Source: Felis catus
Lineage: Eukaryota
Direction of reading: 5' to 3'
DNA: 64,000 nucleotides
Assembly (NCBI RefSeq): GCF_018350175.1
Contig: NC_058383.1
Span: 20,648,001 to 20,712,000 of the forward strand
Shown: in pieces, positions 47,748 to 59,379 of the stretch
How the letters are laid out: the number at the start of each line of letters is the position of its first letter
How positions within the stretch are numbered: the stretch's first letter is position 1
Translations under genes and position numbers: made by a program
Notes under the pieces: generated by a model
Told to the model about the DNA's origin: nothing
What the model saw: only the letters and a program-made list of their open reading frames with translations
Databases searched by the model: none

Positions 47748-48411
47748 TTTAAAACTTTTAATTTCAGGGGTGCCTGGGGGGCTCCGTCGGTTAAGCGTCC
47801 GACTTCGGTTCAGGTCATGATCTCGCAGTTAGTGCGATCGAGCCCCGCGTCGGGCTCCGTGCTGACAGCTCGGAGCCTGGAGCCTGCTTCGGATTCTGTG
47901 TCTCCCTCTCTCCCTGCCCCTCCCCTGCTCACGCTCCGCCTCTCTCAAAAATAAACACTGAAAAAATTTTAAAAAAATAAATAAAATTTTAATTTCAGTG
48001 TAACTAACATACAGTGTTATATTAGTGTCGGGTTACAATATAGTGATTCAACAATTCTCTACGTGACTCAGTGCTCACCACGGAACTGTACTCTTAACAC
48101 CCTTCACCTTCTTCACCCACCCCCCCACCTCTCCTCTAGCGACCATCAGTATGTTCTCTATAGTTAAGAGTCTGTTTCTTGGTTTGTCTCTATTTGTTGT
48201 TCCTTGGCGCACTTCTTTTGTTTCTTAAACTTCACACATGAATGAAATCCTATGGTATTTGTCTTTCTACGACTGATTTATTTCACTTAGCTTAATACCC
48301 TTTGGATCCACCCATGTAGTTGAAAATGACAAGATTTCACTCCTTTTCATGGTTGAGTAATATTCCACTGCTTGTGTGTATATGTGTGTGTACCTCACAT
48401 CTTCTTTATGT
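47748..48411 (-). mobile_element. 5'-truncated carnivore L1 (3' UTR) with a SINE in its tail
   Basis: catacagtgttatattag...ggtatttgtctttct...ttgagtaatattccact; TSD gattca(g/a)tgctatc at 47734-47747 and 48412-48425. Confidence 0.92.
47767..47983 (+). mobile_element. Can-SINE
   Basis: TSD aaa(c/a)ttttaatttcag. Confidence 0.96.
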
Positions 48412-48464
48412 GATTCAATGCTATCGAATGCCCTGCCCGTGTAGCTTCTAAAATGATCTGCACA

Positions 48465-48678
48465 GGGGCGCCTGAGTGGCTCAGTCGGTTAAGCTTTTGA
48501 CTTCCGCTGAGGTCACGATCTCACGGTGTGTGGGTTCGAGCCCCGTGTCGGGCTCTGTGCCGACAGCTCGGAGCCTGGAGCCTGCTTTGGATCCTGTGTC
48601 TCCCTTTCCCTCTGCCTCTTTCTCTCTCTCTCTCTTTCTCAAAAAAATTTAAAAATTTAACAATAAAATGAAATAAAA
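48465..48678 (+). mobile_element. Can-SINE
   Basis: TSD taaaatgatctgcaca at 48449-48464 and 48679-48694. Confidence 0.97.
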
Positions 48679-48946
48679 TAAAATGATCTGCACACAAGAG
48701 TGGTACTCATGCCTCTGTGTTACTCTGACCTCCCCCTGTCTGGAGAGACAGAATTGGGTATTTGGGGCCTGACCCGACAACTGTCTGTGTAGGCAGATTC
48801 CTAAATACTCTGTCCATAAGAATAGCTTCATAAGAGTCCTCGTGTTTGCAGCAATAAGACAGCACGTGAGAGGTAAAATCTGTCTGTTCCGTATTTGTTC
48901 TAGGCCTCCTTGCATGTCTGGGCTGATTTCTGGATCTACTTTGTCC

Positions 48947-49174
48947 CAGGGTTTCTCAGACTCATCACCACTGATTTTCAGAACCAGATAACTCTGTTAT
49001 GGAGAGAGGGGGCTGTCTGGTGCACTGCAGGGTATTTAGCATACCCCTGGCCTCACACATTAGATTCCAGCAGGATTAGCCTCACCATGGGCCATGGCAA
49101 CAAGAAACCATCTCTCTACCTGCCTAAGTGTCCCTAGGTGGGGGGTTACAGTCACTCCCACTTGAGAAGTGCTG
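48947..49174 (-). mobile_element. MER20 hAT-Charlie MITE
   Basis: cagggtttctca...ggggctgtctggtgcactgcagggtatttagca...cctggcctc...ttgagaagtgctg. Confidence 0.85.
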
Positions 49175-49202
49175 GCTTAGCCTCAACCGAAAAAGTTGGA
49201 GA

Positions 49203-49420
49203 GGGGCACCCGGGTGGCTCCGTCGGTTGAGCGTCCGACTTCGGCTCAGGTCATGATCTCACGGTCCGTGAGTTCGAGCCCCGCGTCGGGTTCTGTGCGG
49301 ACAGCCCGGAGCCTGGAACCTGCTTCGGATTCTGTGTCTCCCTCTCTCTCTGCACCATCCCCCCACTCACACTCTGTCTCTCTCTCAAAAATAAACACAC
49401 ATAAGAAAAATTAAGAAAAA
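49203..49420 (+). mobile_element. Can-SINE
   Basis: Full body and A tail. Confidence 0.96.
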
Positions 49421-49437
49421 AAACTTGAAGGGACAGG

Positions 49438-50265
49438 TTGCAGAGTAAGGAACTTGGCCTCCAGAGAGGGGTAGGACTTTTGTCCTCGCTTCTGGGAGGA
49501 CCCTAGAGGGGTCCTCCCAGAAGGGACCTCTAGACCCTTGGAACTTCCCAAGTGATAGGAGCACAACTGTTGCCCACGGCGGCCCACCCTTGGCCGTTTA
49601 CGATACTGAGGGGGCTCCCGGTGGGCCCACAGATAGGTCATGTTAACCAGCCGACACAAAGGCCAACCGTGCGATGACAGGCCTTGAGCCACATGATACC
49701 AGCCTTGACCTCCAGGGAAGGGAGTGGGGCCGGACGCTGAGTTCAACCACGCGGGCAACAACCCACCCGCCCAACCCAACCCCCATGCCTCCAGTCATGC
49801 CCAAGCAATGGGGCCCCGTAAAAACTCTCGACACCAAAGCCCGGGTGAGCTTCCTGGACTGGTCACACTCCAGCATACCGCCACACCTCATGTCAGAAGG
49901 ACAAGGCATCTCTGAGGAGGACAGAAGCTTAGCATCCGGGACCCCTACCCTCCCACACCTGCCTGATCCTGCCCCACGAATCTCTCTCCCTCTCCCCCTC
50001 TGGCTGCTTCTGACGTCCCATCTTTTCGCTACAACACATAATGGCATGTACAACGCTTTCCTCAGTTCTGCAAGTTGTTCTAGTGAATCACCACCCCTGA
50101 GGGTAGTCATGGGAAGCCTGACATTTGTAGCTAGCTGATCTGAAGTGAGGGCAGCCCTGGGGGCCCCCAGACCTGTGGCTTAGAGTCAAAAACGTGGGGC
50201 AGACTTGCCATCTAGAATACCACATCCTTAACCTCCGGCTTGGCTAGTTCCGAGCACGGATGTGA
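49438..50265 (+). mobile_element. ERVL solo LTR, MER21/MER77-like
   Basis: gacctccagggaaggg...taaaaactctcgacacc...gtgagcttcctgg...ttctagtgaatcacc...gtcatgggaagcctga. Confidence 0.75.
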
Positions 50266-50461
50266 CCGCGTCATGACTTTCCAGCATCAATCTCACTAAT
50301 TTTGCCTTTACAACCTTTTTTCCCGGCAGCCCACCATCGCTCCTTATGGAAAGGGGCTGTGTGCAACGGCCCCTTTTCGCTCTAACAGCCAGGAGTTCCC
50401 AACGTGTGGTGGGGATAGCTCAGACCTCTAAATCGTGAGTGTGAATTCTAATTCTATCCCT

Positions 50462-50668
50462 TTGAAATTTCTTTTAATGTGTATTTATTTTTGAGGGAGA
50501 GGCACACTGGAAGAGGGACAGAGACAGAGGGAGACACAGACCCCGAAGCAGGCTCCAGGCTGTGAACTGTCAGTACAGAGCCCGACGCGGGGCTCGAACC
50601 CATGGACTGTGAGATCATGACCTGAGCCGAAGTCGGACGCTCAACCGACTGGGCCACCCAGGCGCCCC
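50462..50668 (-). mobile_element. Can-SINE
   Basis: TSD attctatccct. Confidence 0.96.
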
Positions 50669-50736
50669 CCTGATTCTATCCCTCAAGCCATTTTACCCTT
50701 TGAGACTTACCCTCGCGTAAACTGGCGAGAGAACTA

Positions 50737-51192
50737 TCATCCATCAAGTATTCATATTCGCGGAGTAATGCAATGTACCAGGCTGATTTTGCCCCCCGGG
50801 GTAGAGCAGCAAACAAGACGGGTTCTTCCCCTCCCGGAGTTCACGCTCCAGGGGCAGAGATGGAAAATAAATAAATAAGTTCAGACGATGAAAAGTGCCG
50901 CAAAGGAAAATCAGGCAGGGTGGGAAGAGAAAGGGATAGTGGGAACGGATGTTCTTTTCGGCAGAGCCCTTTGAGAACACCTCTTGGAGGAGAGATCGTT
51001 TGTGCAAAGGTCCTGAGGTAGGAACACATGTTGGATACCTGAAGCGTAGAAAAACGTGGTCATTGAGGATTAATGAGTGAAATGAAGCCTCCACAGTTAA
51101 CAAGCTTAGGATTTGGTGCTTCGCTGAAAATGCAAGCGTCCGTGAGGAAGGCCTACATAAGCGTGTGTTGAATGTCGCTGAAAAACATCCCT
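50737..51192 (-). mobile_element. L2 3' region
   Basis: gtgcaaaggtcctgaggtaggaacacatgttgg. Confidence 0.75.
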
Positions 51193-51196
51193 AGAA

Positions 51197-51420
51197 ATGA
51201 TAATGGTTGAATTCTACTGAGTGCACACCACGTATTCCATGTTCATTAACTTTCCTGATCTTCCCAAGAACCCCCTGAGGTAGACGGCATCACCTCCACC
51301 AATTCCACAGGCGAGGAGATCGAGGCAGGAGTCTTAAGCCTATTGCCTAAATTCACAGTTTTTAAGAGGGGAGGCCAGCTTGCCCGCCTCGTCCCTAACT
51401 ACTCCGCTGGACTGCACGTT
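51197..51420 (-). mobile_element. MIR
   Basis: tcccaagaaccccctgaggtagacgg...cacaggcgaggagatcgaggc. Confidence 0.7.
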
Positions 51421-51748
51421 TTAAACAACGGCTCTAACTCAAGATCCCCGACCCTGACCTCTCAAAACACACTTGGACTCGTACCGTGAGTTTCTGACGT
51501 AATAAACTCACTTATTCCGCAAGCATGTGTTGGATACCTACCACGTTCCCGGCCCTTGAACAGGCGCTGAGAATATGAAGAAGGCGGCCCGGCCTCTATA
51601 CACACTGGAGTGCAGGGGGAGCTACAGATGTAAAATTAGAACGCGCTCTTTCAAGGCCTGAAATGCCACCTAACTGTTTCATGTGTCTTCGGCTGGTCTC
51701 CCCAAAGGAATATGTCAGCGGAGGCTGTGATGGATAAAACTTAGTGTT

Positions 51749-51989
51749 GGGGCGCCTGGGTGGCTCCGTCGGTTGAGCGTCCGACTTCGGCTCAGGTCAC
51801 GATCTCGCAGTTCGTGAGTTCGAGCCCCATGCTGGGCTCTGTGCTGACAGCTCGGAGCCTGGAGCCTGCTTCGGATTCTGTGTCCCACCCCCACCCCCAC
51901 CTCTCTCTGCCCCTCCCCTGCTCGTGCTCTGTCTCTCTCTCTCTCTGTCAAAAATAAATAAACATTAAAAAAATTAAAAAAAAAAAAAG
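51749..51989 (+). mobile_element. Can-SINE
   Basis: Full body, long A tail. Confidence 0.97.
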
Positions 51990-53189
51990 AAACTTATTGC
52001 TAGTGTAACCGGATGTTTTCATAAACAATGCAAAAAATATCAGTGGCTTCTGAGAAACACAAAAAACTCCCCACAGCAGTAGAGTTACAAATTTCAGGAA
52101 ATCTTCGATTTATCCTTAGAAGAGATGCCGGGGGCCAGATTTTCTCCATTGCCCCAATCTTGATTTTTCTCCCCTGATCTTTCCTCTTTATTAGGAGATC
52201 TGGCTCACTGGATGAGGAAAAAAAACCTTCTCTCTCTTTGTGGTCTTGTAGCATAACATTTCTTCTCTCCCAGGTCCTCAAGCTAATATTCTTGGACCAA
52301 AAAACCACTAGGTCTTTTCCCCGTTTGCCACGTGAGAAGAAGGAAGACACGAATCTCTTGTTTTATGGTCAAACAGGATTGTCTGCAATCCTGGGGTGTG
52401 GTTTACACCCCGCTGGCTTATCTACTGGCTTATCTACTGAGACGCGAGGCCCTATTGCCTCGGTTGATTAATTCTTGAGATTGATTTGAAATTTGTACAT
52501 ATCTCCTTTGCAATCATTAAAGAGGCATTAATTGATTATTCAGGTGTAGAATCTATTCTGCTTTCCAACTTTATAGCCCTCTCAATCTCTTCCCGAAACC
52601 CCCAAGGCTGTTTGGCCCTTGTCTGGCTTCCATTCATCTTGGCTGGAATAACGGGTAGGAAAGAAAGCCCGGAACTGGTAGATTTCACATCTTTTCTGTA
52701 ACACCGCTCTCAACCTCCTGTGTCCCTGGTAGTATTTTTAACGGGTTAGTAAAACACGGATGTTGCGTCCCTCTCTCTTATAATCCCCACGCTCTCTCCA
52801 TGCCAACCCCAATTTCTTACATGCACACACACGCACACACCCTCCCGTATTGTCTGGTTGTAACGGGCAGTCCAACAGCCGGACCCAGCCTGAAGTCATG
52901 ATTCAGACACCTGCTCATATATGTTAAGCAGTTAAATTCGCATGCTTTTCAAGGACTCCCAGGGCTGTCCAGTCTGCCATGGTCCCCACCGATCTTTAGC
53001 CTCTGGCTTCCTTGATTTATCTTAGCTGCCCGGCCCCTGGAGGCATCTGGGTTTGCAGTCACTATCACTGGTCACACCGAACGACTTCCACTGTCCTAAC
53101 CACGCCACACCGTGTCTTTGCTTCCTGCCACCGCACAGGCTCCTCTCCATAGGTGGCCCCCGTGTCCCTCCGGAGCCGGTCCCAATGGC

Positions 53190-53392
53190 CAGGAAGGTAG
53201 TACAGGCAGGGCACTGTGCTATGCACTCTCACGGGAGAGGGAACACGGGCACCCCCACCTTAGAGAAGAGGAACCCCAGGTTTACAGAGATGAAGACAAC
53301 TGTTTCACATCATGTGGCTAATAAACAGCAAATCACAGTTTAGAGATCAGACTCTGGACTCTAAGCCATAATTCCTTTTCCAACAAACCATC
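53190..53392 (-). mobile_element. MIR
   Basis: cccccaccttagagaagaggaaccccaggtttacagagatgaagacaact. Confidence 0.7.
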
Positions 53393-53676
53393 TCAGGAAT
53401 CCTGCCTCATTCCTCGACACTCAGTTTGGACCCTCTGTCCCCTGCGAAGCCTTCTTTGACTTCCCACTGACAGATTCCTTGATTCCCTCTCGAGTGTTCC
53501 CTCGGCCTTACACATAACACGTCTTAGTGAAGCTATCAGACTCTGTTTCGTGTATTTGATTCCATGTAAACACCCCACAAGACCAGTGTCTCTCAGACTC
53601 AAAAATGAGAGACATCCGAAAACATACCCATGGACGCCCAAGCTTCCTAGAACCTTAATTTAAGAACCCTACCCCA

Positions 53677-53905
53677 GGGGCGCCTGGCTCAGTCACTTAA
53701 GCGTCCGACTTCGGCTCAGGTCATGATCTCACAGTTCGTGGGTTCGAGCTCCACGCCGGGCTCTGTGCTGACAGCTTGGAGCCTGGAGCCTGCTTCGGAT
53801 TCTGTGTCTCCCTCGCTCTCTGCCCCTCCCCTGCTCGTTCTCTCTCTCTCTCTCTTTCAAACATAAACAAACATTAAACAAATTTAAAAAAATAAAAAAA
53901 GAAGA
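53677..53905 (+). mobile_element. Can-SINE
   Basis: Full body with 4-nt head deletion. Confidence 0.96.
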
Positions 53906-55011
53906 AATTCTTCCGAAGAATTCACATTGATCAGAAAGCCAATGGAAGACAAAGAGGCACCAGAGAAAAGGCAGAAGGCAGAGGGAACAGCATGTGCAAG
54001 GAACTCAGGGCCAGCCCCCCGCAGGTTTAAGGAACTGACCGCAGGCCCTAGAAGCTCCAGTGCGAGGGGCTCAGAACTTGCCCCTTCCTTCCTCTAGCGG
54101 GATGGAAGCAGCCAAGCGAGACAGTACGTGTGAGATTACGTAGGACCCACAAGACGACAGGTGCCAACTGGGCCTGATCCCAGGCAGCCCGATCTGGGCT
54201 GTATGGGCTGAATTCCTGACTTCCTGCCTGATTGTTTTTGTGGGGGAGGGTAACAGGGACCCTGTACCTAACCACCGTGCTCCCCAGAGATCCATGTCCT
54301 TGAGGGAAAGGAGAGAAAAGCGGTGTGGTGAAGCGGCTTTCTCCGATACCCTTCCCCCCACCCCCCACTCACAGTTCATGAAAACAAAGTGTGACGTCCC
54401 TGGAGGCCATTGTCATCTGATGGATACAGGCTCTGGTCCCCACGGCCTGAAAGTGCAAATGAGAAGGGAAGGAAATGGCCCCATAAGGGCAGTCTACGCA
54501 CCTTCTGAGCACAAGCCCCGGGGCGATCTCGCAAAATGGGGGCACGGCAGCAATATTTATGAAGTTCCCGGGTGCTTTCAGATTTGTCCCCTTTCCTCCC
54601 TAACTTCCCTCAACTGTGGACTCATTCGCATTTCGCAGATGCCTGCAGAGGCTGAAACAACACCACTGGAGAAGGAGTCGTAAGGCTGGTAGCCGGCAGA
54701 GCTCAGGTGGGAACCCGGTTCCATCGCATCCTCCGGGTGCTGAGGGACGAGCTTTGGATTGTGCAGCGTTGAAGGCGGGTGTTCCAAGAGCAAATGCCTC
54801 CAGGAGCCCGTGCAAGGGCGGAGGCGAATGAGGGAAGCGGCCTAGGAGAGGAAACCTGGAGACCACGTGCCTTGTCGAGAAGGGACAGCTAGTCATCACC
54901 TCCTACTGGCAACGGCCATGTGACAGGGAGGACAGGTCTCCCCACATTTCCAGAGAATCCCCAAACGCAGATAACTAGCTGAAGTCTCCAGGCTTTTAAA
55001 ATGCTAGCTTC

Positions 55012-55258
55012 GGGGCGCCTGGGCGGCTCAGTCGGTGAAGCATCTGACTTCGGCTCAGGTCACGATCCCACGGCTCCTGAGTTCGAGCCCCACATCTGGC
55101 TGTGTGCTGACAGCTCAGAGCCGGGAGCCTGCTTCGAATTCTGCATCTCCCCCTCTCTCTGGGGGAGCTCGAGCCCCACTTTCAGGTGAGCCCCACTTCT
55201 CTCTCTCAGCCCCTCGCTCACTTGCACCCTCTTTCTCTCAAAAATTTAAAAAAAAAAA
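55012..55258 (+). mobile_element. Can-SINE with atypical (chimeric) 3' half
   Basis: Standard 5' body, then gagctcgagccccactttcaggtgagccccacttctctc; single TSD aaaa(t/a)gctagc(t/a)tc. Confidence 0.93.
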
Positions 55259-55350
55259 AAAGCTAGCATCTAATATAAATACCAATATACCCACATACCT
55301 CTGCCCAGAACCAAAGCTATATTTAAGCCTCCTTTAACTAAGTGGTTCTT

Positions 55351-55577
55351 TTTTTTTTTTAATTTTTTTTTCAACATTTTTTATTTATTTTTGAGACAGA
55401 GAGAGACAGAGCATGAACGGGGGAGGGGCAGAGAGAGAGGGAGACACAGAATCCGAAACAGGCTCCAGGCTCCGAGCCATCAGCCCAGAGCCTGACGCGG
55501 GGCTCGAACTCACGGACCGCGAGATCGTGACCTGGCTGAAGTCAGACGCTTAACCGACTGCGCCACCCAGGCGCCCC
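55351..55577 (-). mobile_element. Young-subfamily Can-SINE
   Basis: Perfect 16-bp TSD taactaagtggttctt at 55335-55350 and 55578-55593. Confidence 0.97.
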
Positions 55578-55583
55578 TAACTA

Positions 55584-55819
55584 AGTGGTTCTTAACCGGG
55601 TGTCATTTTGCCCCCCGCCCCGCACCCTCCCGGGAGACCTTTGTCAATGTCTGGAGACACGTCTGCTTGTCCCAACCGTGGGCAGAGAAGGCTACTCTAA
55701 TCTGGTGGACAGAGGCCAGGGATACTCGTCAACATCCTACCATACACAAGACAACCCCCCACCCACAAAGGAGGTTTCCAGAGCCAAACGGTCATGGTGC
55801 CGAAGCGGAGAGATCCCCG
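55584..55819 (+). mobile_element. MER20 hAT-Charlie MITE
   Basis: agtggttcttaaccggg...caatgtctggagaca...agaggccagggatact...aacatcctac. Confidence 0.88.
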
Positions 55820-56965
55820 CTTAACCCGTGGTCCCTCCAGCTCGGGTCCAGCTCGTGAAGGTCCCTTCGCTCCGCCGAGCCTTCTGCGGGTCCTGTTGTC
55901 ACTCACAGCTACCCTATGCCAGGGACGGCATGATCGTTTGCTTGCTTTTCGCCTGGCTTGCCTCGTTCCACACCTGCACTAGGTCCTGCTAATGCGGGCA
56001 GGTCTCGCGTTACGCTAGCAAATCCAGCTTAGTGTTTAAGTGTGTAAGAAACGAGACCATTCGGCTCCAGTCGATAATGTAAACAAAGCCTGGTTGAGAT
56101 AAACCCCATTACCAGGCCCGAAGTGGCCCAGAGCACCTCTGCTACTTGTGATTAGCGTTATATGTTAAACACAAAGCAATTAACACACTCTAGGCGGCTT
56201 ATCTCCTGTCACTTAGTGTGGAAATAAAGCCCAACGCTAAACACACATATTGATTTAGCCATTATATCCAGCATCACTCAAAATAAAACTCATTATATTA
56301 TTGAGTAAAAACAAAGTCACCTTAGTTTTCAGGATGGGCTGTATTAGGCAGAAATCTCACTTTTACGCTTTGCATGGATTCGCCAAACGGGTCTGAGCGC
56401 TTAGTCTTGGGGGGGGCCCAACAAGCCCCCCCTGCAGCCCCCCAACAAACCCAGAAAGCGGAGGTCTTCATGTACCTTTACAGGATCTGTGTTTTCAGCC
56501 CTAAAAAAGACACGCTCATAGGGGAATCCTTTTTGCTTCGAAACCTTATTTCAGCAGAGACGAGGAAATTATATGCTGGAAAGGCAGGATATTAAACGGG
56601 TGGATGGACTGGGATATTAAAAAAACAACAACAATGCAAAAACCACAGGCATTATAAGAAAAATGGGTTCAACTCTGAACGTTAACCACAGGCACTGATC
56701 CGCTGTTTATGGGGGGGAAGAAAAAACCTCCCACAAAAACCCAGAAGTATCTTCCAAGTTCAGATGTGACCAACTGATTGAAGACTCTGGAAAAATGTCA
56801 CCGCGAAGTCGTTTTGAATGGCTTCTTCGGGTTCTCCGTTGTAAGATACCACATCCCACATCCCCCTCACTACCATTTTGGCCCCTGTTATATTTTCCCA
56901 AAATGATTCAAGTCTCCTGGGTAGGAAACCAAACCTCAGAGAAGGCTTCGTCCTTTTGAAAAAAC

Positions 56966-57180
56966 TTTTTTTTTTAATTTTAGTGTTTATTTTTAAGAGA
57001 GAGAAAGAGCGCGCGGGCAGGGGAGGGGCAGCGAAAGAGAAGGAGACACGGAATCCGAAGCGGGCTCCAGGCTCTGAGCTGTCGGCCCAGAGCCCAACGT
57101 GGGGCTCGAACCCATGAACCACGAGATCATGACCTGAGCCGAAGTCGGCTGCCCACCTGACTGAGCCACCCAGGCGCCCC
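56966..57180 (-). mobile_element. Can-SINE
   Basis: Full antisense body. Confidence 0.95.
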
Positions 57181-58404
57181 AGTGAACGCTCTGTCTTACT
57201 GACCTGCACGTCCCACATTTTAGCTCAGAGTGTGGGCACAGAGAGGACACATGGGGGACACAGAGACACTGGCCACGAGCTGTGTCACAAAACGCAGGCT
57301 GCCACCAGTGCTCCCAGAAGTTAAGTACCTGCTTCTTGGGGGTGCGTTTCCCCCCGGATGGCACCTGAGGGCTCTGTCACCTTTTTTTTTCTGGTCTGTG
57401 GGAATGGACACACACTCTTAGCCCTTGCAGATCCCTCTACCGAATGCTGTCCTCACCGCAGAATCTTTAGAAAGCACTTAGCAACCAGTATATTCGTCAG
57501 CTGCTCTCAAAGCGTGGTTCTGGTGTGTTACAGATCAATGGTAGGGAAAGACGTGTACTTACTGCTCGGGGACGTGCATGTAATCCATAGTATCTCCTCT
57601 TTATCCAACATAACCTTATTGATGGAAATCTGTTATCCTCGAGAACATCATCGGTCAAGATGGCAAGAACCACGGCCTCCAGAAAACCCTCTGCCGGGAC
57701 TCAGGATTACACAGTGGAATGAACATGGGCATCTATCTCCTTTCCTTCCAGAAAGACCCCTCGACGACGGTAACTCCGAGGTCCACAGAAGAAGTGCACG
57801 TGAACAGAGAGAAATGGAGAGGAGGCAGGGCGAGTGAGAAAACGGACATGGCAGGACAGAAAAATCTGGAATGAAGCACCCACGCGGGCAGACACCGAGC
57901 AGAATCAAGCAGCTGTATTCCGAAGAAACATGGGAGGCCCAGGACTTGGAGGTGCCGGACACCACGGAAGGGCGCGAGGCACGAGGCTAAACATGGCGGT
58001 GCTGGTCGGAGGACTTACTTTCCCCGCCCTGCCCTGCCAGGCAAGATCTCCAACATGAAAGAGAAGACAACACACAGAGCCCGTGGCTCCAGAACGATCC
58101 GTCCAATTCATTCCGTTGCCCGTGGTAATATGGACGGCCATATCACCTTAGTTGCGCCAATGGAAGGTCACCCTTGGGAGTATGCCAGAAACAGGCAAAA
58201 GACCCCTTTCTTCCGCCAGGACTGTGAAACCGGTAGCCTTGGGGCCTGCGGGTCCTGGTGGTCACCTTTCCCCAGGGTAGAGAGGTCACCTGAGAATAAA
58301 GTCAACAGGGGAAGCTGGTCCAAAAACGGACAGGCAGATTCGCCACAGCCGTTGTTTGGAGAATCAGGATCTAGCCACGGCTGAAGCCCGTCATTCCTGG
58401 ATAA

Positions 58405-58625
58405 AATGAGTGACCGCTTCCTGAGCAGTTACTACATGTTACTATGTGTCAGATCCTGTTCTAAGACATTTACTTTGATCAAGGCAACTAACCTGCGCTG
58501 CAGCCTTGTGATGTAGGTCCTGTAATTACCTTTGTTTTACTGATGAGAAAAGTGTCGGATAAGTAAGCAGTAGAGCGAAGATTCGGACTCACGACTGTCT
58601 TCAGAGCCTGCAAGTTGAAACAGCG
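58405..58625 (-). mobile_element. MIR
   Basis: tactatgtgtcagatcctgttctaag...gttttactgatgagaaaa. Confidence 0.7.
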
Positions 58626-58830
58626 TATTACATAATCCCTGGTTGTAAATTCTTCAATCGTTGGAGTTGGATTTCTGTCCCTTCTATCTCTCAGAGGGAC
58701 TTAACCCAGCTAGTGTCTTATCCACCCAGGAACCCTTACTGATGGGAAGTTGCCAAGCATGTAACCACTGTTTGTGTAAAATGCTGTTACGAACCCTTCT
58801 CCTGCAAATCACTTTCAAGTAGGGAATTTT

Positions 58831-58867
58831 TAAAAATTTTTTTCTTAATTTTTATTTATTTTTGAGG

Positions 58868-58907
<40 letters not shown>

Positions 58908-59067
58908 AGGGGAGGAGCAGAGAGAGAGGGAGACCCAGAATCCGAAGCAGGCTCCAGGCTCCGAGCTGTCAGCACAGAGCCCGACGCGGGGCTCGAACTC
59001 ACGGACCGCGAGATCGTGACCTGAGCTGAAGTCGGACGCTTAACCGACTGAGCCACCCAGGCGCCCC
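58831..59067 (-). mobile_element. Can-SINE with (GA)n tract
   Basis: TSD aagtaggg(a/c)atttt. Confidence 0.97.
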
Positions 59068-59379
59068 AAGTAGGGCATTTTAAGGATGCAGCTGGGAGGC
59101 TAAAGTCCTCTCTCTGGACACACTGAATAATCCAAATCTTTCACTCTTTCTGCAGTCCAGCTATTCAATGGCTCTAACTTTTGGATCTCCCCTAACACCT
59201 ACGTCCACCTTTCCACCATTCCTCTGGATTTGTCAACTATTCAGATTTCTGGTCAGCAAGGAATGTAGGACTTAACTCCTTCCGTTACTTCTGGTTTACT
59301 CCCTCTGTAGTAAACAAACTAGACCCTTGCCCAACTTCATCCTACTTGGTTGTCCATAGTTGGTTTCAAATATGCTAAA

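Noticed and set aside
57730..57840. Exon candidate with a good acceptor (ctcctttccttccag)
   Set aside because: Weak donor, unrecognised peptide, no supporting neighbouring exons
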